The notes beneath the pieces are model-generated. The model did no database searches. It had not been told where the DNA came from and saw nothing but the letters and a program-made list of their open reading frames with translations. Shown here in pieces: positions 8,869 through 17,648 of a DNA stretch of 64,000 bases (its first letter is position 1; the number at the start of each line of letters is the position of its first letter). The translations under genes and the position numbers were made by a program. The stretch is from Polyangiaceae bacterium (GTDB lineage: Bacteria > Myxococcota_A > Polyangia > Polyangiales > Polyangiaceae): the NCBI GenBank assembly GCA_029266615.1, contig JAQSWN010000010.1, positions 1,472 to 65,471 of the forward strand. Reading direction: 5' to 3'.

Positions 8869-9746
8869 TGGATCCCCTTGGACGCAGGCATTGCGCTGCG
8901 CGGTAGGCACACGCCAGTAGTAAAGCTGAAGATGGTCTTGCCCTGCTCTTCGCGGCCAGTGAACGGGTCGCAGATCGCGTCGGGGTGAAAGCAATCGTCG
9001 TCGCAGCTGCAGGGCTGGAAGCAAGCGCCCGGCGCACCGGTCTTGAACGCGCCGGCACCGTTCAGACATAGTGGGCATGTGTCGAACGTTCCTTGGTTGC
9101 ACGGCCCCGTGCAGATCGAAAAGTTCTCGAGCGGCTCGCCGCAGACCTTGTCGCAAAGCCCAACTTCGGCATCTTGACAGGGCGCACCGACTGGAAAGCT
9201 TCCTATCGAAACACTGGCGGAGCAGAGGCCCGTCGCGAAGTCACAGGCGCCAACAGAGCAATCTTCGTCGCCGGTACACTGCGGGTAGCAAACGGACGAG
9301 CCGTCGTCCATGTCGCGGCAGCGAGAGCCGGCTCCACAATGCCCCAGCTCATCATTGGGACACAGAGCCACGCAAATGTCCTCGGCCCCCACGCGCACGC
9401 AGCCGGCCTCGTTACCACACGCGCCCGGCTCGTTCGGGTCGCATGTGTGAGTACAATAGCCGTAGCGACTGGCTGCTTCGGACGAAGCTCCGACGAGTCG
9501 GCAGGAATCCCCATTGATGCTGCAGCTAGCGCCATTGGTGTCACAGATGACGCCAGTGGCGATGGCAGAACCCCCGCCAGCCCCCGGTGGAATGGGCACG
9601 CCACCACCTGTAGAGGTCATGCCGCCTCCGGCACCTCCGCCGCTAACGCCGTCCGGACCCGCTCCAGGACCTTCGTTGCGGCCCGACTTCCCACCGCACC
9701 CCGCTAGGACCACCAGCAGCGGCGCCCAGTAAATTTGAGCCCTCAT
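8859..9746 (-). CDS. Cys-rich repeat lipoprotein
   Basis: MRAQIYWAPLLVVLAGC lipobox, Gly linker and multiple CxxxC...DC...C modules. Confidence 0.8.
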   Translation of the reverse strand: MRAQIYWAPLLVVLAGCGGKSGRNEGPGAGPDGVSGGGAGGGMTSTGGGVPIPPGAGGGSAIATGVICDTNGASCSINGDSCRLVGASSEAASRYGYCTHTCDPNEPGACGNEAGCVRVGAEDICVALCPNDELGHCGAGSRCRDMDDGSSVCYPQCTGDEDCSVGACDFATGLCSASVSIGSFPVGAPCQDAEVGLCDKVCGEPLENFSICTGPCNQGTFDTCPLCLNGAGAFKTGAPGACFQPCSCDDDCFHPDAICDPFTGREEQGKTIFSFTTGVCLPRSAMPASKGIQCR

Positions 9747-9964
9747 CAACTTCCTCTGTTCACGCCGCAGTTGGTTGCGTCTTCCCTGGCGAAGCTTAGC
9801 GGCTGTAGCAAGTGAAGTCACGGCGATTCCGGCGATCATGATGCTGCGCGGCCCTGCGACACTGCTCCCGCGCGACTATCATGCCGATGACCGAATCAGT
9901 CTCGATCCAGTTAGCGCGCGTCGTACGCCTGGTACAGGTTGTAGGCGCTGTCCTTGCTGAAGAA

Positions 9965-9996
9965 GACCGTTATGTGGCGCGGGCCACATAACGGTC
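9965..9996. repeat. Perfect 14-bp inverted repeat with a 4-nt spacer
   Basis: GACCGTTATGTGGC-gcgg-GCCACATAACGGTC. Confidence 0.85.
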
Positions 9997-10064
9997 GCCG
10001 CCTTGCACCAGCGGCGACACGTGTGTTGTAAGTGCTGTCCTCGCGTCAAGGATAGCTGCCGCGA

Positions 10065-10111
10065 CGGCTGCAGAAATGCCTGCGGCGGCTGCAGAAATGC
10101 CTGCGGCGGCT
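10065..10111. repeat. 21-bp tandem repeat, two copies plus a partial third
   Basis: CGGCTGCAGAAATGCCTGCGG twice, then CGGCT. Confidence 0.8.
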
Positions 10112-10185
10112 CGGGCGCGCAGATGTGTGCCGCCATGTGCGAAGACCTCGCGCTCTGCGGTGCATCTGCACTAAAAGATGAAGGG

Positions 10186-10572
10186 ATGGTGGCCGGCCTG
10201 AGGCAACGGATCGAGGCATCCGCGTTTGCGCTGGTGAAGACCTTGGAGTTCGAGCTCGAGCTTCCGACGGAGGATGCCGATGCAGGGCTCGAGGCGGCCA
10301 CGATGCGTCTCGAGCTTTTTGAGAGCGTGAACGTACCCGGCCGCTTCCGGGCTCGACTCTCTCAGCTTGAATTTTTTCGGATCAAGCCGACGTTCCCCCA
10401 AACCGGCGGCGAGCCCTCGAGCTTCGGCGCTGACGAGCGGATCTGGAAAGAGTTCGCGGCAGTTCCGCCCTCGCTCAGTGCTCCTCGTGAATTCGACAGC
10501 GCCGAAGAGGCGCTTGAATTCGTATTGGAGACCGTCACGGCGTGGGCTCGGAATCAACTCGGGTTGCGGTAG
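10186..10572 (+). CDS. Hypothetical protein
   Basis: 128-aa ORF from ATG 10186 with globular-looking composition (RLELFES...GRFRARLSQLEFFRIKPTFP). Confidence 0.6.
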   Translation: MVAGLRQRIEASAFALVKTLEFELELPTEDADAGLEAATMRLELFESVNVPGRFRARLSQLEFFRIKPTFPQTGGEPSSFGADERIWKEFAAVPPSLSAPREFDSAEEALEFVLETVTAWARNQLGLR

Positions 10573-10587
10573 CCGGAACGTGAATTG

Positions 10588-10821
10588 ATGGACACGCCAC
10601 GGCGTCGCTCGGGCTTGGTGCTGACCGCTTGCGGTAGCGGCCTCGCTTTCATCTATGCCAGCACCTGGGCGTTTAGCGCGCTCATCACCGGGCCTCTTAT
10701 GGTGGGGTGGCTGGGTTTGATTGGCCTGCTGCTCGTGCCCGTGGTCTTGGTCCTTTGGATCGCGGGAGCGTGCCAGCTGCTCAGCGACGAGCGAGCACGA
10801 AGAGGGTCGCGACGTCGCTAG
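10588..10821 (+). CDS. Small two-TM membrane protein
   Basis: Two hydrophobic stretches flanked by Arg clusters. Confidence 0.5.
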   Translation: MDTPRRRSGLVLTACGSGLAFIYASTWAFSALITGPLMVGWLGLIGLLLVPVVLVLWIAGACQLLSDERARRGSRRR

Positions 10822-10911
10822 CGCCAGGTGTTGAAGGCAGTTGTGACATCGTACGCCGCCCCACAATTGACTCGTACGAACTTGCGGAAATTACCAGGCT
10901 GTCATCGTGGG

Positions 10912-11070
10912 CGGGCGCGGTACTTTACGGCGGCGGGGAGCGCGGGCGAGACGCTGGCGGCGGTGCGGGTTGCAGGGCTTGGGGAATTGTGGGTGGAGGG
11001 GATGCGGAGAAGGCGGTGGCGCTGTTGAAGCGCATTATCGGGATGTTGTGGAAGCTGACTCTGGGGGAGG
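10912..11070 (+). pseudogene. C-terminal relic of a four-helix-bundle (23S-IVP/bAvd-like) protein
   Basis: RARYFTAAGSAGETLAAVRVA, a frameshift near 10975, then AWGIVGGGDAEKAVALLKRIIGMLWKLTLG. The 5' half is missing. Confidence 0.7.
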
Positions 11071-11209
11071 CTCGCTTGGGCGCGACGGCGGGCGTGAGCC
11101 AGGTGGCGATGTCGAGGGGGATGCCTTCGCGCCAAGTGGCGAAGGTCGGGACGCCAGGAGCGTGTTGAGGGCGGCCGCGCGGAGCGCGGGCGGAGGGGCG
11201 GTATCCGAC

Positions 11210-12001
11210 TCAATGCTCGATGAAGAGCGGATTGACGACCGAGCCGCACACGTCCTTGATGATCGCATTGCAGTCTGCGTCGACCTCTGCGCTCGAGCAA
11301 TCCGCGTCCTGCTTTTGACACCAGGTGCCGCGGTTTTTGGCAATGTTGTCCGGCGTGTCGCAATAGACGATTTCGCTGCAGCAAGTCAGGTCGCAGCTGC
11401 TCGTATCCGACCAGTTTCCCCAGGTGCAAGTCGCCGAGCAGGCTCGACTCTGCGTCTTGGTGCCGGAGCAAGGGCAGGAGACCGAGCGGGTTTCGGGTGT
11501 TCCGGGGCTGCAGGCTGCGGTGACGCCCATGCACGGCGCACTCGTGTCCCACGGTCCCCACGTGCCGGCGCCGGTGCAGGTTCTCGTTTGAGCTTGCGTA
11601 CCTGTCATGCAAGCGCCGCACAGGATGCTTCGGGACGCGGTTTTACCCGGCGTACATTCCGTGCCCGGCGGCTCACAGCCGGGCTCGCTCGTATTCGCGG
11701 CGCCGCAACCGGAGCTGGGCGCGCCTGCTCCGGAGCGTCCACCGGCTTCTGCTTCGCCGCCGGCTCCGGCTTCTCCGCCCCGCTCATGGCTCGGGCTGCC
11801 GGACTCTGCCTGAGTGCCGCCGCGGCCGCTGCTCGTGCTGCCCCCGACTGCCTCGTTGTGGCCGCCGACCGCCGACTCTCCGCCCGCTCCCGGATCCAGG
11901 CTTCGTGGGTCGTTGTCGAGGATGAGGTTGCACGCGGACAGCATCGTGACGGCGCTCAGCGTCCGTAGAACCCAGAAACTTCGCTGCTTGCTCGACAGCA
12001 T
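11210..12001 (-). CDS. Lipoprotein with thrombospondin type-1-like repeats
   Basis: AAGGGAG RBS, lipobox LSAC and Gly linker. Repeats TQAQTRTCTGAGTWGPWDTSAPC and TKTQSRACSATCTWGNWSDTSSC. Confidence 0.8.
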   Translation of the reverse strand: MLSSKQRSFWVLRTLSAVTMLSACNLILDNDPRSLDPGAGGESAVGGHNEAVGGSTSSGRGGTQAESGSPSHERGGEAGAGGEAEAGGRSGAGAPSSGCGAANTSEPGCEPPGTECTPGKTASRSILCGACMTGTQAQTRTCTGAGTWGPWDTSAPCMGVTAACSPGTPETRSVSCPCSGTKTQSRACSATCTWGNWSDTSSCDLTCCSEIVYCDTPDNIAKNRGTWCQKQDADCSSAEVDADCNAIIKDVCGSVVNPLFIEH

Positions 12002-12027
12002 CTTCGCTCCCTTTTCCCGTTCGACCT

Positions 12028-13035
12028 TCACCATTGACCTGCGACGCGAATCGCCCCCGGCCCGAGGCCAATCTGCGCGGCCTTGCCTTTTCCGAACGGC
12101 GGAGCAAACCAAAGGACGGCCGCCGCTGCGCACGCCACGCCGCCCACCACGAAGCTCACGGTGGAGACATTGCCGGCGCTGCGTGCGTTATCCATGAGCG
12201 CGACGCCCTCTGCATCGCGACAGCCAGTGGGTCCGCAATGCTCGTCGGACTCTCGATGCTTCGACTGGGAGCGCAGGCCGAACACGGTGCCGGTGGCGAG
12301 GCCCGCCACGCCCACGATGCCGCTAGCGATGGCCGCGACGCGTTGTCCGTCGATACCGCGCTCGCTCATCGGCATCGAACCCGGGGCGGAGGTCCAGGGC
12401 GGAATCGATACGGTGGCCACGGCACCGGGCTCCGGCGCCGGTACACGCGTATCGTATGCCGGTTGCGCATCTGCGGTGGCCTCCAGGTGGTGCACCCCCG
12501 GATCGATGGGCACCGGCTGGTTCCATTTATCGCGCTCGACGGGCTTTCCATCGAGCTTGATCACCAAGCTCGGGGGCGGAGAGCTGGGCGAGATGATGGT
12601 GAGGCGACGCAGAGTGGGCAGGAGCCGCTTGGCGCGCACCTCGGCGACCTCTGCGCGGTCCGTTCGTCCCGTTTGGACGGCCAGCTCGCGCGCCGCTGAG
12701 AATGCGGCGTAGGCGGATGCGGTCAAGCCGCGCTGTTCGTAACACTCGCCTAGATTGAGCAGAGTGCCGCTGCTGGGATCGAGCGCCTGGCTGCGTTCCA
12801 AAAGCGTGCTCGCCACCTCGTAGTCTTTGATGTCGATGCGCGCGGCGGCGCGCAGGAAGAGCTGCTCGGCTTCCACCTGCTTGGCGCGCTGCGCGTCGTC
12901 AGGGGCCGGCTGCACTCGACTCGGCGGAGTGGCTTGGGCCCAAGCGCCGGAGGTGTTGCAGAGCGTGGCGAAAGCCACCAGCGCCAGAACAGGGAGCGTG
13001 CGGCGGGGCACGGTGCGGAGCAGGAGGAGTCTCAT
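12028..13035 (-). CDS. TPR + PEGA domain exported protein
   Basis: Signal peptide, TPR (GTLLNLGECYEQRG), PEGA-like VPIDPGVHHLEA, C-terminal hydrophobic hairpin with a Cys pair and terminal Trp. Confidence 0.85.
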   Translation of the reverse strand: MRLLLLRTVPRRTLPVLALVAFATLCNTSGAWAQATPPSRVQPAPDDAQRAKQVEAEQLFLRAAARIDIKDYEVASTLLERSQALDPSSGTLLNLGECYEQRGLTASAYAAFSAARELAVQTGRTDRAEVAEVRAKRLLPTLRRLTIISPSSPPPSLVIKLDGKPVERDKWNQPVPIDPGVHHLEATADAQPAYDTRVPAPEPGAVATVSIPPWTSAPGSMPMSERGIDGQRVAAIASGIVGVAGLATGTVFGLRSQSKHRESDEHCGPTGCRDAEGVALMDNARSAGNVSTVSFVVGGVACAAAAVLWFAPPFGKGKAAQIGLGPGAIRVAGQW

Positions 13036-14489
13036 CGGGTCCAGACAGAGCTTTTGGGGTCTCGTTCAGTGGGGGGGCGCGTGGGAGCGGTCTTGGGCGC
13101 GGGTTTGCTATCTTTGAAAGGAGTCGCGGCCGGGGTGACGACTGGCGGAGTGGGATTGCCGAGGGGAGCGCCTGTGCGAACGGGCGCGGACACGGCCGAA
13201 GCTTTCGGTGTCACCACTGGCATTGAGTCTGCACCGACATCAGAGCTCGCTTCCGAAGCTGCAGGCTTCTCGACCACCACTTCGGGAGCGGCGGCCGCCG
13301 CTGTGGGTGAAGCTTTCACGTCGGCGTCGGCGGCGACCGGCTGGCCTCCGGCGTCGTGACGAAAGACCAGCCAAGTGACAGTGCTGGCGGCTACCAAGGC
13401 CAGCGCACTCAACCCCAGCGGCAGGCGCCAACGGGTGCTGGGGGCAGGCTGCGAGTGGGCCCACGCGGGCTCCGTGCCGCTCCCCGGCCCGCGCCTGTTC
13501 GATGCTTTCGCCGGGCCGGAGCCTTTGCTCACCGCTCCCGGAGCGGCGGAGTCTGCCGTCGATAAGAAGGGCATGCTTGGCAGCGGCACGTGCGGGGCGA
13601 AGTGACGCAGAGCCGCAGCTAGATCACGAGCGGTTTGGAAGCGCAGCGCCGCCTCTTTGGCGAGGCAGGTGTCGATGATGGCTTGTAGACCCGGCGGCAC
13701 CTCGATGCCGTGGGCGATGACGGGCAGGTGCGTCTCCTGATGCACCTTGAGACAAATCTCGGCGTAAGTGCTGGCCGGGAACGGCAACTTGCCCGTCAAA
13801 CACTCGTAGAGCACGACGCCGAGCTGCCAGATGTCGCTGCGATTGTCGATGCGGTTGGGCGTCTTCATCTGCTCGGGGGACATGTAGCTGGGTGAGCCGA
13901 TGACGTGGCCGGTGATGGTGATGCCGTTCTCCAGGCCTGCCGCGTCCCCCGACACCTTGGAGATGCCGAAATCTACGACCTTGATTGACAACGAGCCGTC
14001 TGAACGACGAATGCAAAACAAGTTGGACGGCTTCAAGTCACGATGAATGATTCCGTGCCGATGCGCTTCGTCCAGCGCGCTACACGTCTGAACCAAGAGG
14101 CTCGCCGTGACATCGATCGGGAGGGAGCCGGAGTCCTGGATGATGCGGCCGAGGTCCCGCCCCTCCAGGTACTCCATTACCATGTAGGGCAGACCGTTGG
14201 TGTGCGTGCCTACGTCGAACACGCGCACGACGTGCTCGCTGTCGAGCCGTGCCGCCGCCTGCGCCTCGCGCCGAAACCTCTCGATCCCCTCCGGGCTATC
14301 TAGACACTGCGCCGACAAGAACTTGAGCGCGAGTCGGCCCCCGAGCTGCAGGTGGCGAGCCAGGTAGACGATGCCCATGCCGCCCGCTCCCACGATCGAG
14401 TCGATGAGGTACTTGTTGGCGACGATTTCGCCCGGGCTCAGGGCGCCGCCATGGAGCATGAATTCCGGCAGGGTCGGCACGTGGGCCAC
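13032..14489 (-). CDS. Membrane Ser/Thr protein kinase (Hanks type)
   Basis: GAGGMG, ALKFL, HRDLKPSN, DFG, GSPSYMSPE, then a TM helix and Pro/Ala-rich tail. ATGA overlap with the next gene. Confidence 0.95.
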   Translation of the reverse strand: MAHVPTLPEFMLHGGALSPGEIVANKYLIDSIVGAGGMGIVYLARHLQLGGRLALKFLSAQCLDSPEGIERFRREAQAAARLDSEHVVRVFDVGTHTNGLPYMVMEYLEGRDLGRIIQDSGSLPIDVTASLLVQTCSALDEAHRHGIIHRDLKPSNLFCIRRSDGSLSIKVVDFGISKVSGDAAGLENGITITGHVIGSPSYMSPEQMKTPNRIDNRSDIWQLGVVLYECLTGKLPFPASTYAEICLKVHQETHLPVIAHGIEVPPGLQAIIDTCLAKEAALRFQTARDLAAALRHFAPHVPLPSMPFLSTADSAAPGAVSKGSGPAKASNRRGPGSGTEPAWAHSQPAPSTRWRLPLGLSALALVAASTVTWLVFRHDAGGQPVAADADVKASPTAAAAAPEVVVEKPAASEASSDVGADSMPVVTPKASAVSAPVRTGAPLGNPTPPVVTPAATPFKDSKPAPKTAPTRPPTERDPKSSVWTR

Positions 14490-14971
14490 GACTAGTCCCC
14501 ACAGCCCTTCGGATGAGCGCCCATCTTGCCCACGGCCATACCCCGGCCGAGGAAGCCTCGCAAGCCGGGCAGTCCGACGAACCGCCGCGATGACGCTAGA
14601 AATCCGGATGGATTCGCTGCCGAAGCTTGGAGCTGGCGAATGGATAACTCAGGTGCGAGCCCTCCCAGCGCAGCAGGATGGCCGACGCCGTATGGGACAT
14701 CTCCGCCACATGCTTAGAGTCTACGCGCGCTCGAACCTTCGGTCGACGGCGATCTGTTTTCTACGTTTCCCGTGACGGGGCCTCCCGCCGCGGTTCGCGG
14801 CACGCTTGCAAGCCACGCGCTCAGGCGCACGTTACTCGCGCAGGTCGAGCAAGGTGAAGGCGCGAAAGGGACGAATCCGATCGAACGGGACCGAGCCGGC
14901 AACGTGGGGAGGCTTCGTCGCGTTGAGGGGTCGCCACAACGCAGCCAAACCGGCGCAAGAGTTCCCTATGC

Positions 14972-14989
14972 CGCTCGGTATACCGAGCG
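14972..14989. repeat. Perfect 18-bp palindrome
   Basis: CGCTCGGTATACCGAGCG, flanked by TCCCT...AGGGA. Confidence 0.7.
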
Positions 14990-15680
14990 AGGGACGGAGC
15001 TGCCCACCCGCCCGCCTGCTGCCTCCCCCGCGCAGACGGTGTGCCGCGCGCAGAGGCCCTCGGCCGACGCTGCAACCTTCGCCGGCGCGGCACTCCGTGT
15101 GGGCCTCTCGCGAGTCGGCCGCGCGCCGCAAGAAGAAGCGAGCGCGCGCGAGGCACGTCCGCGGCGTCGTTTTCACCTGAACGACAGCGGGCGGCGGGTC
15201 GGCGCGCGCAGGCCAAGGCCGGGTCGACGCAGCGTAGCGCACGCGTGCTCGCCCGACCGCAGCGGAGGGGGATAGCCGCTCTCAGCGTTGCGACTGCTTG
15301 CGCAGGTGATCAGCATCCTTCTCGCAAAGTTCTTGTCCACGGAGTCCCGCTAGCGTAGCTGCTGCTGACTTGAACAACCGCGAAGACGCACGGTTGCAGC
15401 TGGTTAGCGCCCGAACTGTCAGCGCTCGTGCCCACCATCTCGGTATCACTTCTGCCGAGAATCGCGGGACAGCAGGTGAGGTCTGCCCTAGTGGACATGA
15501 CGTCGTCGACCGCAGGACACGACGGCCTGTAAACTGAAGTTGCGGGAAGGTCCTGAGCTTGCAGAAGGGCTAGCCCGCGACACGTCGTCTGACGATCGCG
15601 CTTCTCCCGTCGCCGCACCCGCGACGGGACCTACGCAGCGGGGCGCGCCGTCCGGATCGGATCGTGCACCGTCAATAGAT

Positions 15681-15698
15681 TAGTTAGAGCTCAAACAA
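15681..15698. promoter_or_regulatory. Candidate MarR-type operator, copy 1
   Basis: TAGTTAGAGCTCAAACAA matches the palindrome TAGTTTGAGCTCAAACTA at 16/18. It is AT-rich and lies just upstream of ATG 15741. Confidence 0.5.
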
Positions 15699-15740
15699 CC
15701 TAGCCGAGCCGAGGGCATCCCCGGGGCTAGCGAGGCGAGA

Positions 15741-16802
15741 ATGTTTGCCAGATTCCTACGCGTCACGTTCGCCGTCATCGCCCTCGGGCTGCTCAGCGGG
15801 GCCGTTTACCGGTGGTATGGCCAGCGCGAGCTCCACCGCTGGCTGCGTGAGCAGGCCGCCGAGCTCGGCTGCTCGCTCGAGTACGGCGCCGCAGAAGTTG
15901 GCTGGCCTGGTCACTTTTCCGTTAAAGATGCCCTTCTGTACGATTGCGATCGGGCCACGTGGAGCGCGAGGGTGACGCGGGCCACCGCGACGGTGAAACC
16001 CCGTAGTCTGCTCTGGGGCCGGGTCGCGCCTACAAATGTCGCCCTGGAGGTTCGGGAGGTGGAGTGGGCGGGCCTGTCCCTGCGTGGTCCGCTTCACGTC
16101 CGCATCGAAAGCGTACAAAATGGACTGGACGCGCGGATCGAGTCAGAAAAGTTGATGCTCAAACAAAACGAACGAGAGTTGGCCGATGGCTCGGGCGTGA
16201 CGTTGATCATAACGATCCCGGCTCGCAGGAGTGCACCGCGTAACGTCGCTCGCTTCACGTTGCGGTCGCTATCGTTGCCTTCCTGGGGGCTCGTGGCGCA
16301 AGAGCCCGTGACGGGCATGCTGGAGCTTGGGTACGACGTGGGCGAACGACGCCTCGAAGTGGCCGATGGCAACGTACGCGCCACCTCGTGGCGCTTCGGG
16401 GAACAGTCTCTGACAGGAGAGCTGTCCGTGCGCAGCGCCTCTTGCTCGCCGACTGGTTGCTCCGGGCATGGCCGAGCACAGCTGAATGGCGATGACGCGG
16501 TCGCGCTCATCGAGCAGCTGCGTGCGCCAGAGGCCTTGGTTTTCGCGCTTTCGGGACTGAAAGGAGCCACGTTCGAGCTCCACTCGCGCGTGGCCTACGG
16601 TGAGCAGACGTGGACATTCGACGACCTCGAGCTGCGGGCCAAAGAAGCCCGCATCTGGGGCAGCGCGTCCCTCCGCGGAGGTCACCGGAATGGCGCACTT
16701 CGCGCCAACTACCGAGGGTTCTCCCTCGGGGTGCAATTCTCTCACGACCAGAGCAGCGTCATCTTCGATCCACCCTCCGACTGGCCGCCAGTGACCCACT
16801 GA
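15741..16802 (+). CDS. Hypothetical membrane-anchored beta-rich protein (AsmA-like appearance)
   Basis: N-terminal TM segment followed by a 353-aa ORF with alternating beta-strand patterns. Confidence 0.6.
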   Translation: MFARFLRVTFAVIALGLLSGAVYRWYGQRELHRWLREQAAELGCSLEYGAAEVGWPGHFSVKDALLYDCDRATWSARVTRATATVKPRSLLWGRVAPTNVALEVREVEWAGLSLRGPLHVRIESVQNGLDARIESEKLMLKQNERELADGSGVTLIITIPARRSAPRNVARFTLRSLSLPSWGLVAQEPVTGMLELGYDVGERRLEVADGNVRATSWRFGEQSLTGELSVRSASCSPTGCSGHGRAQLNGDDAVALIEQLRAPEALVFALSGLKGATFELHSRVAYGEQTWTFDDLELRAKEARIWGSASLRGGHRNGALRANYRGFSLGVQFSHDQSSVIFDPPSDWPPVTH

Positions 16803-16812
16803 GGAACGCACA

Positions 16813-16828
16813 GGGCACGGATGCTGCA
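16813..16828 (+). promoter_or_regulatory. sigma54-type -24/-12 promoter
   Basis: GGGCACGGATGCTGCA (GG-N10-GC), upstream of a GGAG RBS and GTG 16878. Confidence 0.55.
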
Positions 16829-16877
16829 GCGACTCTCGCTACACGCGCCGAGCAGCGCCTTACAACGGAGACCGCAC

Positions 16878-17611
16878 GTGAAAAGTATCTCAATGTTAAT
16901 GTTTTGTCTGGCCGCATTGCGACGTGCGAGCCGACCGCGCCCGTGAACGCAGCCATCGACCGAATGGCCAAGCTGGCCGACACCAACGGTGACGGCGAGG
17001 TCTCGCGGGAAGAAGCGACGGGTCTGGCCAACTTCACCCTGGGCGGGGCCTTCTTCAGGGCCGACGCCAACGGCGATGGCACCGTCACTCCGGAGGAGGG
17101 CCGAGAAGTACGAAAAGACTTGGTCCAGCGCTTCCCGGAGCTGGAGGCCATCGTCATGGCGGCGCGCGCCTCCGGCCAGAAGACGTTCACGTTGTCGCTC
17201 GGCAGCGCCGACATGGAGTACGGAAAGCCGCTCAGCCTGGCCGAGGTGCGGACGGCCGCCAAGGCGCTGGTGGACGACCTTTTCGGCTTCGCAGACAAGA
17301 ACAAGAGCGGATCCATCGGCGTCGAGGAAGCGCGCATGGCGAGTCGTGAGGGCTTACGCGCCGCCGGTCGCATCGCTTTCGACACGATGGATGCCGACCG
17401 CGACGGCACGCTGAAGTACGAGGAGATGAAGCAGCTGGTGGAGGCGCCGCTCCGCAAGGCCTTCGACCTCGCTGACGGCGACCGCAATCAACGGCTCAGC
17501 GTCGACGAGGCGGCCGCCGCCTTGAGTCTGCTGTCCCGCACCGTGAGCAACCCGCAGGGCTTGGCGTCGCCGCCGACGGCCGCCGCCACGAACGACGGAT
17601 CCACTCCTTGA
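16878..17611 (+). pseudogene. EF-hand repeat (lipo)protein with a 1-nt frameshift after the signal peptide (pseudogene or sequencing error)
   Basis: MKSISMLMFCLAAL is in one frame. The EF-hand loops DTNGDGEVSREE, DANGDGTVTPEE, DKNKSGSIGVEE, DADRDGTLKYEE and DGDRNQRLSVDE are in another. One inserted G near 16919 joins them. Confidence 0.7.
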
Positions 17612-17648
17612 TCGCACGAGAACCGATTCAGTTACAGAAAGAAGGTCG

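Noticed and set aside
9965-9996. dif/Xer site
   Set aside because: TTATGT and ACATAA are in the reverse order, without the 6-bp central spacer of dif.
10003-10185. Cys-rich metallothionein- or RiPP-like N-terminus (CCKCC...CRNACGGCRNACGG)
   Set aside because: It arises from translating a 21-bp non-coding tandem repeat from a TTG without an RBS. The gene more plausibly starts at 10186.
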